DNA from: Phoronis australis
Taxonomy: Eukaryota > Animalia > Phoronida
DNA length: 64,000 bases
Assembly: GCA_002633005.1 (NCBI GenBank)
Contig: NMRA01000005.1
Coordinates: 2,145,114 to 2,209,113 of the forward strand
Reading direction: 5' to 3'
Under the pieces are notes generated by a model, which did not search any database, was not told the origin of the DNA, and worked only from the letters and a program-made list of their open reading frames with translations. Of this stretch, positions 51,901 to 61,780 are shown one piece after another. The first letter of the stretch is position 1; each line of letters begins with the position of its first letter. A program made the translations under genes and the position numbers.

Positions 51901-53007
51901 GGCACAAAATCCACTATAATACTGTTTTTGTTCTATCCCATTTGCGTGCGTAATAACCACAAAAATGGATGACTAGAGATCACTCAGACTATCGTTTTAA
52001 GTAAAGAGGCCACGAACCCTCCTTCCATTACAGAAAAAGCAACCTTTGCATCAAACCACTTCGTGTTTTGAAATAATGGTCTCAAAGTGATCCTTAGTCA
52101 AGTGGAGCTGATATCAGGTCATGAACAAAACTGACAGTTCGTTATTACTCGAGGTCAGGCTTGAGGTTAAGTTGGTTTGTAATTATGTATGGGCCGCGGA
52201 AAGGACAAAAATAGTTAATAGAAAAATCAAACCTAATTCGAAAAAAATCAAACATGTGTGGAAAATCAAACCTTTCTGTGGAAACGGGAACTAGCTAAGT
52301 GCGTGGAAAGGGTAAAATTACGAATCACTTTTGATTTTTCTATCATCTATTGTCCCTTTCCGCGGCTCATAATGATGTGAGAATGGTTGCAATGAATAAC
52401 AAACCGCTAGTTCTTTGCAAACCAAGAAAAGGCTTCTCATTTGGGTAGGGAACAAAGTCAAACCAACCTTACCACGAAAACTAGTCTAAATCAAAAGTTC
52501 GCTTCTTTAGAGGGAACGCGGGTTTCAGTGCTGCTTAACATCTTTTGATCGATATTTGGAACCTGCCAATCATTGAACACATTTTCAGCGGCCTGAACAG
52601 GTACCAAAATTAGTGACCACTATGTTATTTGACGGTTGCTCGCGGCAGATGTCGCCCGGCTCTGGATGAAATAATTTTTGAGTCAGGGCCCCTTCGAGAC
52701 TCTAACCGACGAATACAGTATTCAGCAACAGGCGCCCTTGTCAAATCTAACTCAACCCCAAATTGCGAAGGATTGAATCGGCCCGGTAAAGTCGTCGAAC
52801 CGATTAACGTCAAACACGACAGTCTTCCTACGTACATGTATACTACAACTAGATCTACATAATCATATACTGTACCTCATCGAAATATTGCTTTAACTGT
52901 TGGGATGAAAGTTGTCCTTGTTTACGTTGTTCGGACTGTGGGGGTATAGTTGTGTATAAGTCTGGGTAAGCCTCGTCTGACTCTCCTGGCCATCGTTTTG
53001 GCTCCAT
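33901..53007 (-). CDS. Phytanoyl-CoA dioxygenase (PhyH) family Fe(II)/2-oxoglutarate dioxygenase, 361 aa, 9 exons
   Basis: Minus-strand exons, phases consistent: 53007-52876 (ATG), 49583-49466, 46357-46257, 43665-43524, 38840-38746, 38340-38235, 36229-36145, 34491-34299, 34014-33901 (TAG). Motifs: QYFDEGYVVVEDFF, iron-binding PWHQ|D (split by intron 4), TAWIPL..NGCL, distal His in IPHRSLPN, and 2OG-binding Arg in VRWS. Confidence 0.92.
35303..35428. repeat. Tandem duplication, 2 x 62 bp, each copy with palindromic GTGACGTCAC
   Basis: TGCC(A/G)CTTTTCGTTAAACGAACCCCCAATCTCAGGCAGAT(G/T)TAGGGGTGACGTCACGAACCT occurs twice. Confidence 0.9.
36552..38189. mobile_element. Non-autonomous Kolobok-like DNA transposon (internal deletion derivative) in PhyH intron 6
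   Basis: TTAA at 36548-36551 and 38190-38193. 15-bp TIRs AGGAGCATGCCACCC / GGGTGGCATTCTCCT (1 mismatch) starting with RR. Internal convergent coding relics: THAP-like on minus, YQFEPEY-type on plus. Confidence 0.8.
37826..38025 (-). pseudogene. THAP zinc-finger relic (N-terminus of a transposase)
   Basis: MPICCGASVPACPNYVAVRKAGISFFRLPRESEILRKWLAVVKNEK*AYAVNSKYEAVKHLRVCGLQ matches the THAP pattern C-x-C...FxxP...W...RVC. One in-frame stop, truncated at the expected His. Confidence 0.7.
38893..39156. mobile_element. MITE with long TIRs, apparently nested in an older repeat
   Basis: TTATAATCAAAGAAATTAAATCCGTTCGACGGTACTATGGTACTTAC... versus ...GTAAGTACCTTAGTCCTGTTGAACGGATTTAATTTCTTTAGTTATAA. 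Confidence 0.8.
39635..39865. mobile_element. MITE with ~55-bp imperfect TIRs
   Basis: TTTTACTCTCATAAAATCGAT...GTGATAGGATTCTATT versus AATAGAATCCTGTCAC...ACCGATTTTATGACAGTAAAA. Confidence 0.75.
41545..43086. repeat. ~770-bp direct duplication joined by a single N (probable uncollapsed haplotype overlap)
   Basis: Copy 1 is 41545-42312, N is at 42313, copy 2 is 42314-43086. They differ by scattered SNPs and small indels (e.g. TTGTTTGCCCGCGC vs TTGTTTGGATGTTCACCCGCGC). Confidence 0.85.
43453..43490. repeat. (GA)n microsatellite abutting a 30-N gap
   Basis: gagagagaga... is followed by Ns at 43491-43520, right next to the donor of PhyH exon 4. Confidence 0.9.
44870..45047. repeat. Tandem duplication, 2 x ~89 bp
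   Basis: TTTTCGTGAAAAATTCAAAGGCTGCACAAAACGAAACGGA...TGAACATATATATCAAAC starts at 44870 and again at 44959. Confidence 0.9.
46774..46919. mobile_element. Degenerate small MITE / fold-back
   Basis: TTGGCTGCATT ... AGTGTAGCCAA termini, with internal inverted pairs TGATTGGT/ACCAATCA and GGCTAAACC/GGTTTAGCC. Confidence 0.4.
51104..51690. mobile_element. Diverged copy of the 28455-28656 MITE family, interrupted by another repeat
   Basis: TATCGCTGGCCGAATCGATGAACGTTGCGCGCTAAATTACGTG matches the 28455 TIR. GAAATAATTATTTGCGGCGTAAAG at ~51642 is the reverse complement of the MITE interior. The intervening DNA starts TAA-GGGCCTTTCATACT (Harbinger-like end) and carries two AACTTCG..CGAAGTT hairpins. Confidence 0.55.
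52188..52371. mobile_element. TA-flanked MITE
   Basis: TATGGGCCGCGGAAAGGACAA..ATAG..ATAGAAAAATCAAA versus TTTGATTTTTCTAT..CTATTGTCCCTTTCCGCGGCTCATA. Confidence 0.8.
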
Positions 53008-53681
53008 TATCCTTGAACAACCCTGGGCCCCAAAACATGAGCGTTATCAAGTTTGATATGTCAGTGCGGATCGTTCACATCAAGATACAATATCACTGAG
53101 GTGATGGAAAGTGGGTCAGACTGATACCAGCAGGATTTGTTCCCGGGGAAGTGATCACCTCGGTCAAATGTGAGAGGTTATGCTCTATTTTTGTCCGCTG
53201 ACAATTTGTTTACTAAAACTAGAATTCTAACCGAAAACAACCAGGACAATTCGTTGTGATGTCCAAATCCTTCGTGAGCTGCCCTGCCCGGCTGAAAAAT
53301 ACGCTAAAATAAAATAAACTAGATTGTTATTACTTGACAGAGGTTAGCGATTTCCTATTGAATTGTAAGCCTACTTTCACAGTGAATTTCGGGTTCATGT
53401 TTTCTTGTGGTTTACAGACTAACTTCTTTGCAAGTTTTTTGGATTGTTTTTAAGACCAAGTCCAACAGCCAACGACTGATGAATTTTTCCTTGTTCTAAG
53501 CTGAACTACCAATACCCCCTTGTTAGGTCTGAAGTGTAATTGTTAATCTGTCATTGCACACAGGGAATTCGCTTGTTTCTAAGCGTAAGATAATACTTGT
53601 ACAAACGCTAAGTGTTTCGTTGAGTCTGAAGGTCACTATCTACAGACGTACGACTCATCTAATGACCTAGAACTCAGTGCT

Positions 53682-53689
53682 TGACGTCA
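53682..53689. promoter_or_regulatory. Perfect CRE palindrome upstream of the PhyH-family gene
   Basis: TGACGTCA lies 675 bp upstream of the ATG at 53007. Function is inferred from position only. Confidence 0.25.
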
Positions 53690-54740
53690 GAGCGAACAGG
53701 GACCCACCGCAACACCAAGGATAGCAACATTGAATTTAACACGGAAACGATAAAAGGGAAGCGACCAGGAGAACAATAAAATTGTTGGAGGACAACACAA
53801 CGTTAGTTTTGCTCCGGGACGTTTATTTACATATGGAAGAACCACCTTCATAAACCACGTTCAATGAATTGTGTGCCAGTAAAACTGAAGTTATGACCTA
53901 CGGTCGTGGATAAAACTGACCTCTCCTTGTCAACTAGACATTGTATTTGAGCTTGAGGTTAATCCTTTCACTCATTCTACATTCTGAAAACACTTAATAT
54001 CAAGAAATATTCAAAAAGAGTTTTGCCTGCTTCGGTTTGTACTATGGTCCAACTAAAAGGAAACCGAAAGAGCTTTTATGAATTAAAAGCATAGGCGGAT
54101 TTAGTCGGCTGCCGCAAAAAAAATAAAACAGCAAGAGCGTTGAGTTTATTGATTAACCCCGGTAATTAAAGTTATACGGATGAAACAAGATTTAAATGTC
54201 TGCAGTTTTAGTGTTTGGGGGGGGCTCAGATCCAATTTCAAGTGTCAAATTCGGAACACGGCGCATTCGTAAGGGAACTAATCCATGGCTAAGTATAAGC
54301 TCTTCCGTGATATCCCAGGCGACCGGCAGTGGCGCTGCGCACTACGACTCCGTTTCCGTCGTCTGCTCCACTGTGCAATGAAGACGATTTAATTCATTTT
54401 TTAAAGAAAATGGAACCTGAGTGACGATCATGAAAAAACAGAAACTGCTGGTAAGATGTGAATTTTAATCGAAGCCTTGGTGAATAACTCAGTAACTCAT
54501 AATTCTCTCTTTGTCAAACCTTAACTTAAGACGATTTCCAAAGCAATCCCGTCATTATTGCCCACACGAAAAACGGATTTGGTCTTTTGGGCATTTGAAG
54601 ACTATTTTAACAAATTTGTTAAGAACCGATTGCACAAAATTATAAAACGTGTAATAAGCATTACAAAAAGTAGGTTTCGCGCGCAAACGCTGTGGACCAC
54701 AAACAAGTAGGTCTCTTAGCACAATTTTAGCAGTTAAATC

Positions 54741-54790
54741 GTGGTGGTGTAGTGGTAAAGCACGCGCGTTTTATTCGTGAGTTCGAGTCT
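54741..54790 (+). mobile_element. tRNA-derived (SINE-head-like) relic with Pol III A and B boxes
   Basis: A-box-like TGGTGTAGTGG (54745-54755) and B-box-like GTTCGAGTC (54781-54789). No complete cloverleaf. Confidence 0.4.
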
Positions 54791-54922
54791 GTGGAGCATG
54801 CGGTTTTTCCTGTTTGACACGTTCTCCGTTGTTTTTTTTTTTGCCTTTTTTTCTTGGATAATACTTCAGCAATCAAGGAAAATGCTTGTTTTTTAGAGGA
54901 AAAAACAGAAAATTTTCCTAGG

Positions 54923-55060
54923 CGGGAGGGGGGTTTGCAAACCCCCCTCCCGACCTCCCCCCAATCGATGTTATAGGGATCAACAATCGTGGTTTGCGCA
55001 AATGCTTACAGCCGGACAAAATGTTGGGCCTCCCCTTGTGATATCCTAGATCCGCCACTG
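54923..55060. mobile_element. Right end of an hAT-like MITE containing a perfect 30-bp palindrome
   Basis: CGGGAGGGGGGTTTGCAAACCCCCCTCCCG (54923-54952), then the terminus GATCCGCCACTG (reverse complement CAGTGGCGGATC). No convincing left end found. Confidence 0.45.
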
Positions 55061-55361
55061 AAAAGTAACGTAGCCTATGTCTAATACAAGATTTTCACGC
55101 TGTGCCACTCGATTGAGCTCGTCCAAGTCTTGGTGCTGGATGTAATCATCATTTTGGATATCTTGTTAAATTCGTACGAATCCATGAAGCTTCACAAGTA
55201 AAACAACTATTGGCAAGCAATATATTGCATTTATAGGGATTACGCATATTCTTGAGAGTGGAGCGCTATTTGCAATCATAATATCGTCAGATCGCTTTAG
55301 ATCCAACGAAGCCCTTGAAAGGTCTGCCATTTCGTTGTCTATTCTGAAACTTACCGGTATC

Positions 55362-58300
55362 GTGTTGCACTATAATTCAAAGTTATTGCTGGGTCTCAGT
55401 CTGACATGAAACATTTCAAACTTCTATTTTGTTGTGTTGGTATGTGTGGGAAGTGTCACTGCCGCATTAGAAATTTTCTTATCGGAATTCATGATAAACA
55501 AGACGTTTATTATGTGTTGCTGCTTACGTGGCGTGAGAAAGTTGCACGTTCTCGAAATTGGTCGTTCTACTGTGGTTTATGAAGATTTTCTGACGTCGTT
55601 GTCGTCTGGTAAGATGAGTCTGGGGATTGAAACTGATTGAAGTGAGAGTTGGTTGATTTTGAGTAACGCAGTAACCTAATAGTATTGTTTAACAATGGAT
55701 TAAACATAAAGACTTCTTAAATCATAATCTTCATTTTTTCCGCAACAATCTGTCATGTTCATTACGCCAAATATCAGATATCATTTGTCATATCGTGTTT
55801 GATATTACTTTATTTCTGTTTCTGTTGACAAAGGATGTTATTATATCCGAAAATTTCAGTGATCCATAATTGTTGTTTTATTTACCTATGTATATTTAAC
55901 ATAGGGAATATTCTTTGAGTGACTTTGTGTGATTGTTGATTTAATCCGTGTTGAATTGTAGTTCACATGTCTTATAAGTGCACAACTGAGACTATGATCG
56001 GTTTTCTGGTCCTTCAGCTCTGTTTGCTGCACTGTAAACTGTTGAGGAATAAATTTTGTTGGTATTTTCATATTTTGTAACCCAATGACCACAAACAAAG
56101 TCAAATTGTAATTGAAAGTCGTGAACTTTATTAAGGTTTATTCAAGCACTATAGAGACTTACCTGTAAGTCTGAAGTAATATTTCCAGTCACACCAGGGT
56201 CTTCTCGAGGTAGACGAGATCCCAAATGCACTTATGGCGCCCTTTCAATAGTTTCAAGACCACGGTTGAGCATTGCGATTTACCAACAGGCGGAGGAAGC
56301 GTAATTGTGTGCTCACCTGCAACGGAAAGCAACTTAGTTTCACTCTAAGTTAAAACCGAAAAGTCTTTCAAAGGTAGTGACTCGTGAACTCATGTCCTTA
56401 TGAGGAACTTCAGCCATAGTCTAGTGAGCGAATTTAACCAAATTACTCTTCGCTGGCCCTGATCAGACGGTTGGTCTCAGCAGAATGCGCACATTTGGCC
56501 AGAATTTGGATCATCGATTTCAACAAATTCACATTCGTGTACAAATAAATAGAACGCTGAAATAACCACCTGGACCAGTCAAATTCTATCTCGCAATTCA
56601 GCAGCAGGTTACACAATATATGCCGCACAAAATCTCTCGACTGTAGTCTATGAAAATGCAACCAACTTCTTTGAAAACATGGAACAGGAACACCAGAGNN
56701 NNNNNNNNNNNNNNNNNNNNNNNNNNNNNNNNNNNNNNNNNNNNNNNNNNNNNNNNNNNNNNNNNNNNNNNNNNNNNNNNNNNNNNNNNNNNNNNNNNNN
56801 NNNNNNNNNNNNNNNNNNNNNNNNNNNNNNNNNNNNNNNNNNNNNNNNNNNNNNNNNNNNNNNNNNNNNNNNNNNNNNNNNNNNNNNNNNNNNNNNNNNN
56901 NNNNNNNNNNNNNNNNNNNNNNNNNNNNNNNNNNNNNNNNNNNNNNNNNNNNNNNNNNNNNNNNNNNNNNNNNNNNNNNNNNNNNNNNNNNNNNNNNNNN
57001 NNNNNNNNNNNNNNNNNNNNNNNNNNNNNNNNNNNNNNNNNNNNNNNNNNNNNNNNNNNNNNNNNNNNNNNNNNNNNNNNNNNNNNNNNNNNNNNNNNNN
57101 NNNNNNNNNNNNNNNNNNNNNNNNNNNNNNNNNNNNNNNNNNNNNNNNNNNNNNNNNNNNNNNNNNNNNNNNNNNNNNNNNNNNNNNNNNNNNNNNNNNN
57201 NNNNNNNNNNNNNNNNNNNNNNNNNNNNNNNNNNNNNNNNNNNNNNNNNNNNNNNNNNNNNNNNNNNNNNNNNNNNNNNNNNNNNNNNNNNNNNNNNNNN
57301 NNNNNGTGTTGGACTATAATTCAAAGTTATTGCTGGGTCTCAGTCTGACATGAAACATTTCAAACTTCTATTTTGTTGTGTTGGTATGTGTGGGAAGTGT
57401 CACTGCCGCATTAGAAATTTTCTTATCGGAATTCATGATAAACAAAACGTTTATTATGTGTTGCTGCTTACGTGGCGTGAGAAAGTTGCACGTTCTCGAA
57501 ATTGGTCGTTCTACTGTGGTTTATGAAGATTTTCTGAAGTCGTTGTCGTCTGGTAAGATGAGTCTGGGGATTGAAACTGATTGAAGTGAAAGAGTTGGTT
57601 GATTTTGAGTAACGCATTACCCCAATAGTATTGTTTAACAATGGATTAAACATAAAGACTTCTTAAATCATAATCTTTATTTTTTTCCGAAACAATCTGT
57701 CATGTTCATTACGCCAAGTATCAGATATCATTTGTCAAATCGTGTTTGATATTACTTTATTTCTGTTTCTGTTGACAAAGGATGTTATTACATCCGAAAA
57801 TTTCAGTGATCCATAATTGTTGTTTTATTTACCATGTATATTTAACATAGGGAATATTCTTTGAGTGATTTTGTGTGATTGTTGATTTAATCCGTGTTGA
57901 ATTGTAGTTTACATGTCTTATAAGTGCACAACTGAGACTATGATCGGTTTTCTGGTCCTTCAGCTCTGTTTGCTGCACTGTAAACTGTTGAGGAATAAAT
58001 TTTGTTGGTATTTTCATAATATTTTGTAACCCAATGACCACAAAGTCAAATTGTAATTGAAAGTCGTGAACTTTATTAAGGTTTATTCAAGCACTATAGA
58101 GACTTACCTGTAAGTCTGAAAGTAATATTTCCAGTCACACCAGGGTCTTCTCGAGGTAGACGAGATCCCAAATGCACTTATGGCCGCCCCCTTTCAGTAG
58201 TTTCAAGACCACGGTTGAGCATTGCGATTTACCAACAGGCGGAGGAAGCGTAATTGTGTGCTCACCTGCAACGGGAAGCGACTTAGTTTCACTCTAAGTT

Positions 58301-59227
58301 AAAACCGAAAATTGATTTTGTGTTCATAAAGCGTCTCTTTCCTGAATTTTCGTCATAAGTGTTGTCTTCGACAAACACATATTTTGTCTTAAGTTAGAAC
58401 ACTTTTACGTGACTTAAAAGTCATTATTCAAGCAACGGACCTATGAGTTGCGTTCCGATGACACAAGAAACTCGCGAACACGCAAGATCATATGAAATAT
58501 CGTCATGCATTACAAGAGAAGTACGTCGAGATCAAAACTCTTGCGACTACGGAACACGCTCCTATTTGTATTATTAAATGGATTTGAAACTCCTGTCAAC
58601 AGTGTGACTTCGCTATCTCTTTTACGGGTTTGCCGCGAAATGCAAAGGAATTAGCTTCCATACCACCCGAAGACCCCATAACCGGCTGTGGGAAGAAAAG
58701 CTTACTTCTTGTGTCAACGTGAATGGCAGTTGTTTCAGCAATAAGACTTTATACATTTGTTCAAGGCACTTCGAAGATGAATGTTTTTAAGAGGCTCTAC
58801 CACTTAATCCTGTCCTCACAATTCCATTTTTCTTTTTTCCGTTTTGATGAAAACTATCTGGTAAACTTTTTGACGAAAATTGTCCGCTAAATTTCTTTCA
58901 AAGGTAGTGACTCGTGAACTCATGTCCTTACGAGGAACTTCAGCAATAGTCTAGTGAGCGAATTAACCAAATTACTCTTCGCTGGCCCTGATCAGACGGT
59001 TGGTCTCAGCAGAATGCGCACATTTGGCCAGGATTTGGATCAGCGATTTCAACAAATTCACATTCGTGTACAAATAAATAGAACGCTGAAATAACCACCT
59101 GAACCAGTCAAATTCTATCTCGCAATTCAGCAGCAGGTTACACAATATATGCCGCACAAAATCTCTCGACTGTAGTCTATGAAAATGCAACCAACTTCTT
59201 TGAAAACATGGAACAGGAACACCAGAG
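55362..59227. repeat. ~1.3-kb direct duplication on both sides of a 607-N gap (probable uncollapsed haplotypes)
   Basis: Copy 1 is 55362-56698, the gap is 56699-57305, copy 2 is 57306-59227. They are near-identical apart from SNPs, small indels and ~582 bp (58312-58893) found only in copy 2. Confidence 0.85.
58644..58790 (+). pseudogene. THAP zinc-finger relic (transposon-derived)
   Basis: KGISFHTTRRPHNRLWEEKLTSCVNVNGSCFSNKTLYICSRHFEDECF* carries the THAP hallmarks ISFH...W...ICSxHF. N-terminal cysteines are not intact. Confidence 0.7.
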
Positions 59228-59483
59228 GGGTGTGAAGGTTGCTTTTATTCTTCAATGTTAAAATTTTGTAAGCGGACAAATGTTTTTTAAATTTCTGCCT
59301 TAAGTTCTAACATTTCCAAACTTAAGTCATTCAAACGAACGTTTATGACGAGAACAAAATTCTTCAACCAGTTTTGTAAAGTCCTATGCCACCTGTAGGG
59401 TACATAATGAGCCAATCCCACTCCTAATGTAACAAAAGGGTCCCGTGCATAACGGATACTAAGTATTGCCCTTCTGAAATATT

Positions 59484-59552
59484 GCCGTATTCGCCCTAAT
59501 AAGCGGCCAGGGCTCTTAGAAAAATCCGCTTCAGGAAGGGGGCGCTTATTAT
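59484..59552 (+). mobile_element. Possible pogo/Tc1-mariner-type MITE end fragment
   Basis: CCGTATTCGCCCTAATAAGCG...GGGGGCGCTTATTA resembles pogo-like termini with the internal TAATAAGCG/CGCTTATTA inverted motif. Partner end not seen. Confidence 0.3.
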
Positions 59553-61710
59553 AGCCCAAAAGTGGTTGAAACCCGGAGACCGGGTGAAATCGTAAGCTAG
59601 GAATACATCAAATTTACGCTCTGTGACGAATCTGTAACCTACGACAGAGTTTCTACAAAACTGCAGTGTATTGCTATTAAACTTTGTTGTCAACTTACGA
59701 GCATTTTTCAGAAAATCCCACTGCCAAAAATTGCCGTGAATCAGGTTTTAAGCTCCTCAGCTTGGTTTAATTATATATTAATAAACCATAAAAATGGTTC
59801 TAAGTGATCAGTGCAATGCCTGCGCATGTCTAATAAATGTGTATCATGCAGCTCCTGATTTAAACAAAGGTCTGTTTTTTAATTTTGGTCCGGTATAAAT
59901 AACGCCACAGACCTGGAAAACCAGCGAAACACTTCTACCTTACAAATCTGACAATCCCTAGTCTCAGAAAATTTGAGCACCCAGCAAAAGATACTAATGA
60001 TTGGTCCCGATGCCAACACAATATGTGATAAAGCCCAACAAAGTCAAGTTGCACTCAAATCAGGATGGGCATAACTAAGGAAATTTACTGTATCAACAGA
60101 TTGGCCAAATAAGAATAAGATACAAAGTGTTGCTACAGTGTACACGTGCACGATACTTTGTCTATTATTTTCCCGCCGTAAATGCATGAACCAATCAGAT
60201 CACCAATGGCGCAAAGTTTTCGAAAACAGCTCGATTTTTAGGGAGTCCTGTTACTGTTCTATTTATTTTCAAAACTTTTTTGTGTTACATTTAATTTATT
60301 TTCTGTTCAACTGAATGAAGCCACCTAATATGAATGCATTCAACACAATTAATGCATTGTAAAAAACAAAAGTTATGCTCTATCAACGTTAGACAAAATC
60401 AGGACACCCCTTTCTTAAAAAATGGGTTAAAAGTTAGAAACTCGTAACGTCGATTTTCGACATTGATGTTGGGGAGGAACATCGGTCTGGCGACAGCAAC
60501 ACGGAATCGTACGAAGGCGGTGATTTTCAAAATTTGATTCGTTTTCGTTGTATGTCTTTTTCCCTATGGTCCAGGGTTACTTCTGAATCCAGGAACAAGA
60601 ACTGAAAGAGGCAGGGTTCGTGATAACGTTGGAGAACGGTAACATTTATATAAGGCGTTACAACTGTCATCGATATTGTCATCTCCTCTGTTTTCATCCA
60701 ACCTTCCCAGATGAAAACTTGAACGAAGAGGACCTTCAGTACTTGAGTGAGCATGGTATACTGTGGGATTTACGTTGAATTATTCAACGGATCTTTTGAG
60801 AACCATTTCACGCTATACCTACAACCAACGGTCCTTTTAGTTTTAAGGGCCCGGACTCAACACTTCCAAAAAGAACTGCTCACTTTAGAATGTTGAATTA
60901 TAAACATGCAAAGGTTAAACTAGTCAAATCGTTGCAGAGGCGCATTTTTTAATTCGAAAAAAATTGATATTTTTCTAAACCAAAAACGTTATATAAGTAT
61001 CTTTTACATTCACAGTACTCCTTGGAATTTGTGCACAAACATGCTTTCGTAGTTTTCTCAGTAGGCCTATGTGAACCATAAATCACAAACTGTTCAATAA
61101 CTATGCTGCTATGCTATTGGGCAAGCAGACGACATAATCAGTCGGCACCGAAGTTTGAATTTAGTAATTAGTTATCAGTAGCATTGCCAAAAGTACTCAC
61201 GTTAGCAACACTTCTACTATTGAAATACTTTGGACAGCGTTTCAATGCCGAAATTAATATTTTTTTGTTGTACTGGACAGTAATGTAGATGCAAATATTT
61301 CTCGTCAAAATACACTAACCGGAAACTGTACCAGAAAGGTCAGGAGAGTAGCGGCGCCTCTTGGCTAGCACGTAAGAAAATGCCGGAGTTGCGAATCTGT
61401 TGTCTATAATCTATGGTCTGTGCTAGCTCAAGTTAAGTGTCCCTTAGTTTTAGTGTATGCTCGAACAGTCATGTCTTTCGTGGACGAATGTCTGTTCCTA
61501 GTTTGCACTTGACGATTTTGGCATTAAATTTCGAGTATTTACTCGAAGTCTCATGTTTTACTATAGTTTGCTGCTCATCCAGTAGTCTTCAAATACGAAA
61601 TTGGACTTGAAGTTCATGTGCGTAAATTATGTGACGGAGCACAGAAGAATAGACAGTTATCTTAAGTTCAGTCAAAAGTACTAAAGAAAATGGCAAAAAT
61701 AATTTCGCCC

Positions 61711-61746
61711 GTGCGCGCGCGCGCCTGTACATGTGTGTGTGTGTGC

Positions 61747-61777
<31 letters not shown>

Positions 61778-61780
61778 TGT
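61711..61780. repeat. Compound (CG)n/(TG)n alternating purine-pyrimidine tract
   Basis: gtgcgcgcgcgcgcctgtacatgtgtgtgtgtgtgcgcgcgcgcgcgcgcgtgtgtgtgtgtgtgtgtgt. Confidence 0.9.

Noticed and set aside
54741-54812. Functional tRNA gene
   Set aside because: A and B boxes are present, but acceptor and anticodon stems cannot be formed.
54328-55060. Single hAT element from CAGTGGCG (54328) to CGCCACTG (55060)
   Set aside because: Only 8 bp of TIR match and the flanks show no 8-bp TSD.
56443-57353. Long ORFs (224-293 aa) in the ORF track
   Set aside because: Artefacts of translating through the 607-N gap.
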